Assembly (NCBI GenBank): GCA_013239625.1
Contig: MU053994.1
Span: 685,775 to 749,774 of the forward strand
DNA length: 64,000 nucleotides
Direction of reading: 5' to 3'
Source of the DNA: Lama guanicoe
Lineage: Eukaryota
The position numbers were made by a program, and so were the translations under genes. The notes below the pieces were generated by a model. It did not search any database. It was not told where the DNA came from and saw nothing but the letters and a program-made list of their open reading frames with translations. Position 1 is the stretch's first letter, and each line of letters begins with the position of its first letter. Below, in pieces: positions 1-13,975 of the stretch.

Positions 1-1925
1 TGACTTGCTACTGGGCCTTAGTAGAGACAGAGCGCTTAACTGTGGACCACCAAGGTACCCTGTCACCTAAGCTGCCCGTCATGAATGGAGTGTTGTCCAA
101 CTGACCAAGCCATACAGTTGAGTATTCACAGCAGCGCTCCATCATCAAACGGATGTGATACATATACAATCAGGCTCGAGCAGGCCTGGAAGGCATAAGT
201 AAGTTGCATTAGGAAGTGGTCCAAATACCCATGGCCCTTTCTTCGGTTACATTCCATTCTGTCTTCTAGCCCACAGACCTGGCCTGATGGAGCATTTCCT
301 ATGGCCACTGACTGCAGAAGAGAAACCTCAGATCGTCCTGCATGGCACGGAGGCACCATCTGAAAGCGGAGCGTGGCACCACTACCGCCCTACTTTCCGA
401 AAGCCCCAAAGGACAGCCGTGAGGGGGAATCCTCCTAGTAGGCAGGATTTTGAGTCGTTTACCTGGTTACTTGAAAAGACATATTGGGTATGGATTTCCC
501 TTCTCTGTCCATATGCTTCTGCCAAAATTAACATCCATGTTTTTATGGAATACCTTATCCACCATCGTGTTGTTCCACACAGCACTACTTCCAATCAAGG
601 AACTCACTTCACAGCAAGTGAAATGAGGCAGTTGGTCCAGACTCACAGAATTCACTGGTCTTACCATGTTCCCCCATCATCCTGAAGCAGCTTGATAGAA
701 GTGGAGTGGCCTTTTGAAGATGCAGTTAGTGCCCAGCTAAGCGGCAACAGCTTGCTGGGCTGGGCAAGGTCCTCCTGAATGCTGTATGCGTGTTGAGTTG
801 GCATCCAATATATGATGCTGTTTCTCCTAGAGCCAATATTCATAGATCCAGGAGTACAGCAGTGGCACTGTTCACTATTACCTCTAGTGATTTAGTAGCA
901 AAATATTACTTCTCATCTGTCTGATACATAGGTTCTTCTGGTCTAGAGGTCTGAGTTTCAGAAAGAGGAATGCTTCCATCGGGGGACCCATCAGTGATTC
1001 TACTAAAATGAAAATTGAGATGGCTACCCAGACACTCTGGGCGCCTCACGCCAATGAATCAACAGGCAGAAAAGGGGGCCACTGTCTGGCTAGGGTGATT
1101 AATCCTGAGAGGTGATTATCAGGGAGAAATCAAGTTGCTACTGCCATACACAATGGGGGTAAGGAGGGGAACATCTGGAAAGCAGGCAGTCCTGTGATTA
1201 ACGTCAACAGAAAACTACAACCGAATTCAGGCAGGGCTGCTAATATCCCAGAACCTTCAAGAATGAAAGTTTGTGACACTTTGCCAAAAACCCATGACCA
1301 GCCACTGAGGTGTTTGCTTACAGCAAAACAAGTAAGAAATGGTACAATATGAGAAGGTAATTATAAATATTAGCTATGACCATGTGACCATGGACGAGCA
1401 AGGACTGTAATAGTTATATTTCTTCCTTATTTTAATACAGATATGTTTGTATATATATTAACCAGATATTTTCACTTTCTCTCCTTTCTCATACCCTTAT
1501 TCTAAATATATAACATATATATTTTTTTCTTTTTTTGGTGGGGGTAGGTAATTAGGTTTATTTCTTTATTTGTTAGTGGAGGTACTGGGGATTGAACCCA
1601 GGACCTCGTGCATGCTAAGCACGTGCTTTACCACTGAGCCATACCCACCTCCCCTAACACAAGATATATTAATACTTAATGTCTCAGTATTTAAGTTATA
1701 AGTTATCAAAGGAAGTGTGTGAATCAGCTTGGAAAAGAATGAATATCACCCAAGGACAAAAAAGGAACTTTATATTCTCTTCTGGGAAAAAGGTTAGCGT
1801 TTTGTAGTTGTATGTGGAATAGCTGTATAATGCTAGGCAGGAGTAGGACTTTGTATTATCTTTATTCAGATATTAAGTATACTTTAAGGAAGATGTGTTT
1901 GGATGCCAAGTTGACTAGGGGTGGA
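1..1925 (+). mobile_element. Decayed ERV-L internal region (pol RNase H/integrase, dUTPase, 3' untranslated part, PPT)
   Basis: Frameshifted remnants such as LIHHRVVPHSTTSNQGTHFTASEMRQLVQTHRIHWSYHVP (ERV-L integrase core); dUTPase-like segment at about 950-1180; gccaagttgactaggggtgga tract just before the LTR. Confidence 0.85.
1522..1654 (-). mobile_element. tRNA-derived SINE (camelid type)
   Basis: Reverse strand reads GGCTCAGTGGTAAAGCACG...GGTTCAATCCCCAGTACC (A/B boxes) with an A-rich tail; same family at 6417, 34780 and 51958. Confidence 0.9.
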
Positions 1926-2528
1926 TTTTAATGGCTTTGTGATGTGTCAACTTGGCTAGGCTGGGCTACATTTCCCAAAATTCACTCTCTTGTTTCCAGT
2001 TAGGGCCAGTCCCAAGGGAGATTCTTGGGAGATTTGGAGGCTGGAAAAGGAGCAGTGGCCATTTTGTAGCTCATACATGTTGCCGATCTGCAGACTCACC
2101 TCGCTGGTATGAAGCAGTAGCTGGGCTTGCCACTGTTCTTCCTTCCCCTGATCCTCTGTCTTCTTCGTCTCTTAGGCCAGGTGTGTGTGTTTAGCTCTGT
2201 GATGAAGAGCCCCACTTCTGCTGGATACCCTCATTGCCAAGGCCAGAGGTCACAAGAACTAACAAGAGTTCCCGTTCTTCCTCATGGGGCTCCAGCTTGT
2301 GATTGTTGGTTCCAACCCGCCCTTGACCTCCCTCCTCCACTTCACCTCCTTCCATCCCTACTGCCTGCTCCATGAGCTTCAAGCTCCAGCAGTAGACTCA
2401 GAGAAAACAGCCATGGAGAGGCTTCTTAGTAAGCGCCCACAATTGCCTGAGAACAATTTCCTGTAGCAAATCCATATTGGACCTACACAACATGTATCTC
2501 CTTCTCTGGTTGAAGTCGGACTGATAAC
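1926..2528 (+). mobile_element. ERV-L class 3' LTR (LTR33/MLT2-like)
   Basis: Begins tggctttgtgatgtgtcaacttggctagg directly after the PPT; ends ...gactgataaca. Confidence 0.7.
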
Positions 2529-2591
2529 AGGCAAGGCGCGAGTGTGAGGAGAAAAGAAGCTTGGTTTTCAACATGTCAAGAGTTCAGTGCA

Positions 2592-3350
2592 ACAAATGAC
2601 AAATGCTGGAGAGGTTGTGGAGAAAGGGGAACCCTCCTACACTTCTGGTGGGAATGTAGTTTGGTGCAGCCACTGTGGAAAACAGTATGGAGATTCCTCA
2701 AAAGACTAGGAATAGACTTACCATATGACCCCGGAATCCCGCTCCTGGGCATAATTCTAGAAGGAACCCTACTTCAAAAAGACACCTGTACCCCAATGTT
2801 CATAGCAGCACTATTTACAGTAGCCAAGACATGGAAACAGCCTAAATGTCCATCAACTGATGACTGGATAAAGAAGTGGTAGTGTATTTATACATTGGAA
2901 TACTATTCAGTCATAAAACCTGACAATATAACACCATTTGCAGCAACATGGATGCTCCTGGAGAATGTCATTCTAAGCGAAGTAAGCCAGAAAGAGAAAG
3001 AAAAATACCATATGAGATCGCTCATATGTGGAATCTAAAAAAAAAAAAAAACACAAAGCATAAACACAAAACAGAAATACACTCATAGACATAGAATACA
3101 AACTTGTGGTTGTCAAGGGGGTGGAGGGTGGGAAGGGATAGACTGGGATTTCAAAATTGTAGAGTAGATCAACAAGATTATACTGTATAGCACAGGGAAA
3201 TAAATACAAGATCTTATGGTAGCTCATGGAGAAAAAAATGTGACAATGGATATATATATGTTCATGTATAACTGAAAAATTGTGCTCTACACTGGAATTT
3301 GATACAACATAGTAAAATGATTATAAATCAATAAAAAATGTTTAAAAAAA
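2592..3350 (+). mobile_element. Young 5'-truncated L1 (ORF2 C-terminus plus 3' UTR)
   Basis: [32 protein letters not shown]; poly(A) tail; 14-bp TSD aagagttcagtgca at 2578-2591 and 3351-3364. Confidence 0.95.
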
Positions 3351-5189
3351 AAGAGTTCAGTGCAGGTGGAACAACAATGTCGGCATGCCTAGTGCTAAAG
3401 TAATTTATCGTTCAGTAGGAGAGATGAGGAGGGGGGTATAGATTTGAAATCCTTGCATGGAGGTGAAAACCGAAGTCACTGCAGTGGATGAGATCCTTAA
3501 GGGCACTGGAGAAAAAGGAAGAAAAAATAGGCCATATAAGTCAGAAGGGAAGAGTGAAGGAAGCCATAGCAAACATCAGCTTCTGGATCTTGACAGGAGA
3601 TATCTGAGTCTCAAGAGGGACAAGCTTTTTTTTTTTTTTTTGCGCCAGATAAGACTTGTGGAAATTATATACAAGGGAGCATGACTCAGTTCTAGAAGCT
3701 GACAGAATGTTTGAAGGAAGTGAAGAAACATTGGTTAGATCCTGTGGTTAAATCTCTTTCCTATAAGTCCTATAAGGACTGAGTCCCATAACTTCCAAGC
3801 CTTCACCTTGGGTTGGAATGTGGTTTGTGGCAGCCTAAGAGAGGAGCAGAGAAAGAAGGGGCCAGAACACTTCTGAGACAGGAGTACTTTAATGTGGTAA
3901 CGAGAAAAAAATCGATTTGTATTTCAGAGGCTATGCATTTGAAAAGGAGAGTAACTGGTGTGGGACTGGGATGTTTTTGCATAAAGACTATCCTCAGACA
4001 TACGCCCGCATCCAACTGTTAGGATATTGATTGACCAAAGAAGACCCCAGTCCTCGGCTCAGCGGAGTCTGCTTAGGGTCCCGTGGAGAGAGTTCTGGCC
4101 CTTTCACCCTTTATTCTCAACAAGATTCTTGGGCTGCCAACTTTGAAGATGGTGCAACTGACCTCCTGCAGAAGACTGCATCCACTGAGCTGTCTCCCTA
4201 CTCTCCCCTTAATTTTGGCTGATTCTGTTGATGTTGGCACATCCTGGGGCCTCTGTCTTTTAGAATGCTGAGTCATCCAGAAAGCATCTCCTGGAGGTAG
4301 TAGCCTTGTCACTTGTTTCAAGTCAAAGAAGGATGTGTTGGAGAAGGAAAGCTTTCATTTACTCTCTTGTAATCAACCCAAAGGTCAGCATCATGACAAG
4401 GACTTAGACTGGAAAATTAGTCCTGGAGGCTAAAGAAGGGCTTCCAGCCACAAGAAGAACAGCTAACATACACCCTTCTGTGTGTGCACACAGCATAGGC
4501 TGCCTCTCCCTTTGGCTTTCCCCTGCCCTCTCTCCTGTTCCTAAAGCCCTCTCTTGGATCCTGAGAGTTTCTGGCTCATTGTGAGGTCCTCAGGGAGGCC
4601 AGAGCTTATGCAGAAACCCTGCTGTTTGGCCACAGTCTGAGGGTTCCAGCCAAGTACAAAAACAAGCCAAGTTTAGAAACAATGAGTTAATAGTCCTTCC
4701 CGGGTTGCATCATGCCGTTAGTGATAACTAATCAAATGCTTCATCCAGTCAAATCCTGTTGGATTTTTTGTTCCATTTGCTTTTCAAGGATCAGCCTTTC
4801 TCTGACCTTGATAAACAGCCAAAGAAAAGTTGATGCATGGAAAAATTGTGAGACTTGCACAAAGGCCCACAAGAGTTGAACATACCCAAGCTGAATAAAG
4901 ATTCTGAGCTATCAGCATTGGGATTCTACAGTAATAGTTTTCAGTTGGCTGACGGAAGCTTTCCTGCATTGCTCTGGCGCTTCTTTCCCTCTGCCAGGGT
5001 GGGTCTGATTTCTGTTTGTTTGGAGCATATAAGATATAAGCATTTGCCCCACTTGCTTCATGCTCCCTTCTCTTTAAAAGGAGAATACACAGTGATGTGT
5101 CTCTTGGCGGTATGATCTGGTAGAGTGAAACCCAATGTTTGGTATGTCTTATTCTCAAATGGATGCTATGGCATGATGGTCATATTAGT

Positions 5190-6310
5190 GTTCCTCCAAC
5201 TATTTCTTTCCCTTTCAAAAAAATTGCCTAAACTCTCTGCTTCCATCAACCTACTCCAACCGGGGTTTGCCCACATTGGTCCTCTGAAATAACTCTTGCT
5301 GTCATGGTGTGCATGTGGTTCACACCAACAGACAGACATGTTTTAGTCCTCATTTATATACACTTCTCAGAAGCATTCACTACCAAGGGGCACTTGTCAC
5401 TTCTAGTAATGCTACCAATCTTTAGCTTCCAGGATACCACACTGTCACACCTCCAACATCTCTGGATGCTTCTTAGTCTCTTTGGCCACTCATCAGTCTC
5501 GGGGCAAACATTACATGTTGAATTCCATGAGAAACTCTATCCTCTCTCCCTAAGTGATCTCATCCACACTCAGAGCTTTAATTACCAGCTAAACATTCGA
5601 ACTGATAAATAGGTACCTTTAGACTCTCCCATGTGTTCCTGACCTTACTACACAACTTCTCTTGATTGTCCAAATGCACTTCCAACTCCACATACACTGA
5701 ATAGATTCAGAACCTCTAACCTACAAACCTAGTTGTCCTCTAGCATTCTCTGTCTCTGTGACTGGCACCATTATTCATCCTTGGAAGCCTGCAACCATGC
5801 TGTGCAAAAGCCACGTGGAGGGGTCGTGTGTACGTAAACCACCTGACAGCTCAGCCAAGACCCCAGTCAACAGCTAGTATCAACTGCCAGACGTGGCAGT
5901 GAGGAAGCCTTCAAGGTGTCTCCAACCCCAGTCACTGTCTGCAACTGCAAAAAAGACCCTGGCCAAGAACCACCCACTGAACCCAGTTAACCCCTAGAAC
6001 TGTGAGATAAATGACATTGTTTTAAAGCTGCTAAATTTTGAGCTGATTCATTACACAGCAGCAGATAAACATGTGCTTCATAGCATATGCCTATTTGTGT
6101 ACTCCTTTGTGTACACTGTTTGACCTTGTCATAGTATTTATCTATTTGTGTAAATCATTCAACCAGTATCTGTATTCTGCGACAGGGTATGCTTTCTTTA
6201 ACACAAGGAGGTACAGTGTCTGATTTCCTCCGCTTTGTATTCACAGCACTAACAAACAGCACATAGTAGGTACTAAAAATAAACATTTAAGTAAGTTAAT
6301 AAATGAATGA
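5190..6310 (+). mobile_element. Old L2 fragments interrupted by an MLT1 LTR piece (about 5785-6070)
   Basis: CT-rich L2-like text and L2 3' end gcacatagtaggtact...aatgaatga; MLT1-type end ...attacacagcagcagataaac. Confidence 0.6.
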
Positions 6311-6416
6311 CTTCCTATTTGTACAAGGTTTTATAACTTTCTCACATGAGAGCTTAAATGAACACTTCAATACATCTAATTGTGTAATCTCTTTTTTTAA
6401 AATTGTGTGATCTCTT

Positions 6417-6562
6417 GTTTTTTGTTTGTTTGTTTGGGGGGGGGTGATTAGGTTCATGTATTTATTTGTTTGCTTATTTAATGGCGGCACTGGGGATTGA
6501 ACCCAGGACCTCGTGCATGCTATGCACGCATGCTACCACTGAGCTATACCCTCCACCCCCCT
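6417..6562 (-). mobile_element. tRNA-derived SINE (camelid type)
   Basis: A/B boxes on the reverse strand, A-rich tail, flanking aattgtgt(a/g)a(t/c)ctctt repeats. Confidence 0.9.
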
Positions 6563-8027
6563 AAATTGTGTAACCTCTTACTGCTTATTTGAGCTGACAC
6601 TTTTCACTTCAAAATTAATTCCTTAAAGCATGATGAATGATGATTCAACATCCATTCATCAAACATTTGACTAGGTGCAAACGCACTCTGGAAATAGCAG
6701 GAGTTACACCACAGGGCTTCTGCACTGCAGTTACTCATACATGACATGCTTCAAGAATTTATCAGAGACTATCGGCACTCAAGGAGTCCACATTCTGTGT
6801 GTTTATTTTTTTGAGAACTTACTGAGGTATTTATTTGAATCTCAAGAGTTCTGATGCCTAGCTGGTAAGTAATGGGTCTTGCCTCTCCAGCACCTAGATC
6901 TTGACGGGCTGTTGTTTTCTCTCTGGTAATGCTCTTGAAGTGATTGAAAGTGAGTGTCTGTAGTATTGAATTGTCGTGTGGTCACATCTAGGAATCTATT
7001 GAAATGTGATTAGAAAAAAAAGCTGGGAATGCATATAGAAATATCTACACTTGACATTTTAGTGGCTTAGAAGGCCTTTGTGAATTCTGAGTGTTTGATG
7101 AGTGACTGTAAGGGTGGTATGGTCAATGAGAGGTGAAAGTAGACTAGAGGGGTCAAAAAAGCCATTGTAGAGGAGATAAGGCCTCAGGTAGATTCTGAAG
7201 AATGGAAGCGGAGGGAGCAATGTGATCAGACACATAGAAGTGGGCGTGTGCACTGCAACAAGCCAGGTGCAGAATGGTCATGTAGGGGGACAGTGGGAGA
7301 GGCAGCTGGAAAGGAAAATTAGAGCTAAGTCCCTGAAGAGCGGGCTAAAAGCTACAGGCTTGATTCTAGAGCCTAGAACCTATAGGTAAGTGATTCTCAA
7401 GGAGAATGCAATACGACCTCTCAGGGTTGTCAAAAACACTGCTTCTGTAGAGCCTGATCTGCACCCCCTGCCAGGGGTGCCTTTCTTCTCCTTTCCTCTT
7501 TTTCTCGGATCCCTGCTGTAGTGAAATAGTAAGTAAAAAGCTCTTGTGGCTGATGAACACATGTTGTTTGGGTAGGTGGAGGCAAGAAAAAATAAAATAA
7601 AAAGAGAAGATTGAAAGTATATTCTATAATATGGTCTGTAGATACACATTTAGGGCTTTTTAGAAGCATGAAAGTGAGATGAGTAAAGCGGTCTCTGCGG
7701 AAGAGGACTATGGCAGAGGGCGCCATGAGTGAGAAGCGAAATCTACAGGTAGAAGCCCATGCCTCAGGTACTGCTGTTTGCCAAGCCAACATCCATTCTT
7801 TGCATCTTCATTGCTGGCAAAGCCCCAGGTTTGTTCACTTCCCATCCACACTCCACAAGATTTAGAGGGGTCTGACCCTTTCCCCTGCTCCAGAGGCAAA
7901 TCCTACTTGGCTTAAGCCGATCATGACGGTCCTGTTCTCTGTACCAGGAATCTGTTTAAGGGCGTGTGTAAGACACAGTAGCACATTGAGATTTGCGGGG
8001 ATATCTGAGAAAGGTTTATTCACTTCT

Positions 8028-9845
8028 TGTTGCAGATCAAATTCCCTCAAAAGCAGGCTCTCAGATGGCCATGAACATAGAGAAGATTCATGAAGGAGTG
8101 TAGCTGGGACCAACACCCGTGAGATGAAAGAGAAGGCAGCAAGATGGGGCAGAGGGACAAGTTGGCTGTGATGTACTCTCAGTGACGGCCTCAGTCAACC
8201 CCACAAAGAACTCTGAAGATGGTCTTGTAGAGTTGTTCTGAGTTGGGCTGAGGAGGCCGGGCCTTTATACATTTGTGAAAAACAGTCATTGGATATGGGC
8301 TGCTCCCAGGAAGGGAACATGAACTTGGGAAGACAGTTATCATCAGCAAAGAGCATTTCCAAAACAGGCTGACAGCTGCAGGCTCACTGCTGGAAACATG
8401 CTCAGCAGCTGGGAAAATAAGTCCTTTAACCCCGAAGAGGGACACAGGCAGCACTCCCAGCTCCCACTCTGCTCTGAAAAGAATCATACGGACAAGAGAA
8501 GTCCCTCTTCTTCCACTGATGCTGTTATGTACAGATGTGATGCCTGGAAAGCATCAGCCATTTCACAACAAGTTTGAGACTGGAGCCAACATACACGGAG
8601 AAGGGGAAATGAAGAAAAGTGCAAGAGAAATGGAACCAGAGCACAAACCTATGGTGCCTGCAGCCCACCTGGGATGCTGGACTACTTGATACCAGTGGCA
8701 AGAAATGTCCTTACTGTTTGCATCAGTTGAGTTAGGGTTTTCTCTTACTTGCAACCCACGCATCCTAGCCAAGGAGGGGTAGTTCAGGCAACAGATAATA
8801 AGGTTTGGAAAAACATATAAAGAATGGGAAGGCAGGCATAGATACAAGAAACGTGACAAAGAAAGCACCAGTAAAACCTAGGTCTTGGCAGCATATAGGG
8901 TATGATGGTTACTTCTTTTTCATAGTTGCCACACACTTGCTTTTAGAATGGTCAAATAAATTAGATGGTACCAGTAGTCTGGCAAATATTTAAAGTGACT
9001 GCTATAGTAGATAGGTATTTTGTGATAGTCCAACACCCCTTCCAAATGGTACCCCAGTTTCTTTCTGGGGAACTATGATCCTATTGTAAAAATTTGGTAG
9101 CATGAGAAATCCAAATGGCTCCCTCTCTAATTGTGGACATTCATGGGGTTTCAGAAGGTCACCTTCATCTGATTCTTCCTTATTTCCCCAATGCAGTATA
9201 AGGTAGGTATCTTTTCTTGGTCATTTGGACCTTGAATCTAGAACAAGTGACAGAAAAGTGACAAAATGGTTGGAGTTTTTTTAACCCTATAGTAGCAGTG
9301 CCCTGACTGTTCCTATTGCCTGTTTCCCTCACACCCCACCCCTGCTCAGAGCTGGTGTCCTTTTCCTTGTTTCCAAATCGTTTCCCTCTGTCTTCCTGTC
9401 CATACTGTGTGCTCCTGAAATCTTACTCACTTTCCATCAATATCCAGTTTCTCTTTTTAACAACAGAACTCCCGAGTTTCAGCTAGGCACTTGGATTTCT
9501 AGCTCAGGATGGTATTTCATCTTTCTTTGCAACATGGTGTGGTCATGAGGCTAAGCTTTGGTCACTGGAGCTAAGCAGAAGTAATGGATACTATTTCCAA
9601 CTTGTCTCCCTACAATGGAAGGTTCATGTGCTCTCCTGAGCCTTTCCCTTTAATCTTGGCTGGGAGATGATGAGAACTGGACTCAAGCCATCTTGAACCA
9701 TGAAACGGGATGACAGAGCAGCCTTACTAGTCTTGGTCTGTACATTTCCAAACTGTGATCTGAGAGAGAAACATATACCTTGAACAAGCCACTGACCAGA
9801 AGTTCTCTGTTGCAGCATCTTGACATGTGCCCTGAGTGATATAAC
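8028..9845. mobile_element. Cluster of old ERVL/MaLR LTR fragments (about 8030-8490, 8490-8770, 9455-9845)
   Basis: Diverged LTR16-like and MLT1-like motifs such as gggttttctcttacttgcaacc and cagccttactagtcttgg...gagagaaac; boundaries approximate. Confidence 0.45.
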
Positions 9846-10551
9846 TTCTAATAGGTTCTTAACTTATGATCAAATAAATTAATCTGATATGCCTAATAAA
9901 TTAGTGTTAATCACATGAAAGTATTAAAAAATTCAATCTTTGATGGGCTTTTGTATCCTAAATGTTGGTGCACATGAAATATTTAAACAGTGCTGCAGCC
10001 AAGAGAAGCTGCTGCAGACACTGGAATATTTATAATGCAAGACAGGAAGAGTCATGGTATTTGTGTTTCCATAAGGCCAAGGAACCATTTTCATCTTGGA
10101 TTCAATCTAGAAATTATTTTTCCTGCCAAAGCCTAACTTGGATAAAATCCTCTCCTCACCAGTGTGGAGCAGAAGCCATAGGAGGAGAAAACTGAGTTTC
10201 CAATGAACAGAGAACAGAGCCACAGCACACAGAATGTGATCTTATTTCCAGAGTTGTACGATAAAAGCAATGTGTCTTTTGCTGTGTTGGAGGGGCCAAA
10301 CCTGCCTAGTAATGTAGTTGCTACAGCTCACAACTGTAAAGTAAACTTGGAACAACTACTCAAAGTGGACATCATTTTCTATAAATTTTCCAAAGAGCTT
10401 ATGACACACATATTTATTGGCCACCAGATATCTATGTGCTCCCCGACATTTCCCAGCCTTCTTGCAATTAGGCTGAACCACGGGGCTGGTTCTGGCTATG
10501 AGAAGTGTGATGCATCATTCTCAGGCTTCAGCTTTTAAGAGCCAGCATGCA

Positions 10552-13306
10552 TAGTTAAAAACCTTCCCACAAAGAAAATTCCAAGCCCCGTTGACTTCAC
10601 TGGTGAAATAATATCAATTCTCATAAGCTCTTAGAGAAAACTGAAGAGGAGGGAGTATGCCCCAACTCATTCTATGAGGCTAACAGTATGCTGATAGCAA
10701 AACCAGACAAAGATATTACCAAAAAAAAAAAAGAAAGAAAGAAAAAAAGCAAACTACAGATCAATTTCCCTCATGAATATAGATGTAAAAATTCTTTACA
10801 TTTCAGCAAACTGAATCAATCTGTAACATAAAAAGTATAGTGTTTTGTGACCAAATAGAGTTTATCATAGGAATGCAAATGTTTTCGAATTCAAAATTCA
10901 ATGTATTTCACCACATTAACAGATGCCAAAGAAAAAATATATGATAATCTCAATATATGCGGACAAAGTATTTGATAAAATTCAGCAACCATTCCTGGTA
11001 AAAATTTTCAGCAAACTGAGACTAGAAGGAAACCTCTTCAACCCAGTAAAGAACATTTACTCACCAAAGAACTGTAGCTGATATCATACTTTATGGTGAA
11101 TGACTGAATGTTTTTCCCTTAAGATCAAAATGTCCATTCTTACCACTCCTATCCAATATTGTACTAGAAGTTCTAGTCAGTGCAGTCAGGCAAGACAAAG
11201 AAAAAAATGGTTTTCAGACTGGGAAGGAAAAAATAAAACTGTTATTCAAAGATGAAATGATTGTCTATGTAGAAAATCCAGTGGAATCTACAAAAAGCAA
11301 TTAGAACTGATAAGTGAGTTCTCTACATTATATATTATACAAATAATTGGAAATTGAAATTTAAATGTACTATTTGTAATAGCATTAAAATATAAAATAT
11401 TTAGGTATAAATCTGATAAAGGCTTATAAGGTCTGAATACTCAAAACAATAAAATACTGTTGAGTGAAATTAAAGTTCATGGAAGGATCAGAAGACTCAA
11501 TTTGTGGTGCAGCCACTGTGGAAAACAGTATGGAGATACCTCAAAAGACTAGGAATAGACTTACCATATGACCCAGTCATCCCGCTCCTGGGCATATATC
11601 CAGAAGGAATCCTACTTCAAAAAGACACCGACACCCTCAATGTTCATAGCAGCACTATTTACAATAGCCAAGACATGGAAACAGCCTAAATGTCCATGGA
11701 CAGAGGACTGGATAAAGAAGAGGTGGTATATTTATACAATGGAATACTATTCAGCCATAAGAAATGACAACATAATGCCATTTGTAGCAACATGGATGTC
11801 CCCGGAGAATGTCATTCTAATTGAAGTAAGCCAGAAAGAGAAAGAAAAATCCCGTATGAGATCGCTCATATGTGGACTCTAAGAAAAAAAAAACATAAAT
11901 ACAGGACAGAAACAGACTCATAGACATAGAATACAAACTTGTGGTTGCCAAGGGGGCGGGGGGTGGGAAGGGACAGATGGGATTTCAAAACGTAGGATAA
12001 ACAAAATTACACTGTAGAGCACAGGGAAATATATACAAGATCTTGTGGTAGCTCACAGAGAAAAAAAAATGTGACAATGAATGTATGTATGCTCATGTAT
12101 AATTGAAAAATTGTGCTCTAATTGAGGGGCGGGGGGTGGGAAGGGACAGACTGGGATTTCAAAATTTGTAGATACTGACAGGCATACGCAGAATAGATAA
12201 ACAAGATTATACTGTATAGCACAGGGAAATATATACAAGATCTTGTGGTAGCTCACAGTGAAAAAAAACGTGACAATGAATATATGTATGTTCATGTATA
12301 ACTGAAAAATTGTGCTCTACACTGGAATTTGACACAACATTGTAAAATGATTATAACTCAATAAAAAAAATGTTAAAAAAAAGAAGACTCAATTTGTTAA
12401 AATGTCAGTTCTCCCCAGACTGATTTATACATTAAGCTCAATTCAAATCACAGTCTCAGGAGGCTTTTTAAGTAGAAATTAACAGACTGATTCTAAAATG
12501 AATATAGAAATGCAAAGGTCCTAGAAGATCAAAAACAACTTTGAAAAAGAAAAAATTGGAGGAATAGCACTCCTTGTATTGAAGATTTATTAAAAAGCTA
12601 CATTAATGAAGATAAGAGTGGTACTGGCATAAAGTAGACAAATAGATCAATGAAACGGAATAAAAAGTCCAGAAATAGGCCCACACGTATAATGTCAATT
12701 GATTTCTGATAAAGGTGCAAAATGCAGTACAGAAAGGATAGTCTTTTCCTTTAGTGCTGTAACAATTAAATATTCATATGCCAATAAAAAACTTTGATCC
12801 ATACCTCGCACTAAAGACAAAAGCATTAATTCAAAAAAGACAACATTCCAGAATGTAAAACATAAAAATATAAAATATCTAGAAGCAAACATAGGAGAAA
12901 ATCTTAGTGACCTTGGGTAGGCAAAGATTTCTTAGCTATGACACCAAAAGAATAATCCATAAAGGAAAAAATAACATTAAATAGACTTAATCAAAACTAA
13001 AAATGGCTGCTCTTTAAAAGACAACGTTAGGAAAATAAAAAGACAAGCCATAGATGGCGAGAAAATATTTGCAAATCACACATCCAGCATATATAAAAAA
13101 CTCTCAAAACTTCATAATGAGAAAATAAATAACCTCACAAATTTGAAAAAGACAATCCACCGAAGTAGATATATGGCTGGCAAATAAGCACAGAAAATGA
13201 TGCTCAACATCATTAGGGAAATTCAAATGAAAACCATAATAAGAACACTATATACTTTTTAGAATGGCTAAAATTGAAGACTGACCATATGTACCAAGTG
13301 TTGGCT
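10552..13306 (+). mobile_element. Old L1 ORF2 fragment inserted in an MLT1-like LTR (flanks about 10400-10550 and 13307-13415)
   Basis: Decayed RT-region text (tcattctatgaggc, tttgataaaattcagcaaccattc, gtactagaagttctag); contains a younger L1 insertion. Confidence 0.85.
11506..12381 (+). mobile_element. Young 5'-truncated L1 with duplicated 3' UTR, nested in the old L1
   Basis: [23 protein letters not shown]; 16-bp TSD agaagactcaatttgt at 11490-11505 and 12382-12397. Confidence 0.95.
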
Positions 13307-13417
13307 AACCCACTTTGTTGACTCACATTGGATTTATATCCTGAGCTCAAAATAAACCTTCGTTATGTTAAACAATTGGCTTTAAGGTTAATTCGTTATC
13401 ATAGTGTAAACTGGTCC

Positions 13418-13975
13418 ATTAGGGTTCAAGTAGGAGAGCAGAACCACTGTAAGTGACACGGAATTTAAAATTTATCAAAGGATTAGACCTTAGGCAATTG
13501 TGGGAACTGGTGGGGAATACGGTGATGAGCCTGAAGTCACTGTAGGTAGCAGGGCTGGAAAAGCTGAACATGTGGTGGGAGAGAGCAAGGACAAACTGGA
13601 ACCTGCAAGGACAAAGTGGACACCATCTGTTATTACCATCTCCAGCTCCAAGGATGTGGGTGACCTGCAGAGATTGGCATCTTTTGTCATGGAGCTGCAT
13701 ATGCATGTGGCTCTGAACTTGAAGAAGCTGAGGGAGATCAGGCCATTGCTGAAGAACCTGTCAGCCCAGCTGCTGTCCGGTGCTAAGAAGGTAAGCCAGC
13801 CTGTCAGTGGCAATGCACACACTCTGCAGTATTGCCCGGCATCTTACACTGACCTTCAGAGAATAATTACTACTGAATCTCTTGTGGCCAACTAGAAACC
13901 AGAACCACACAAGGAAGGACATTCTGAGAAACACAGTTCTGGGGTTAGCTAAGTCGACACAGTACAAAGCCAATA
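13418..13975 (-). mobile_element. Solo ERV-L class LTR (LTR33-like)
   Basis: Reverse complement begins tggctttgtactgtgtcgacttagctaa..., similar to the LTR start at about 1930. Confidence 0.65.
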
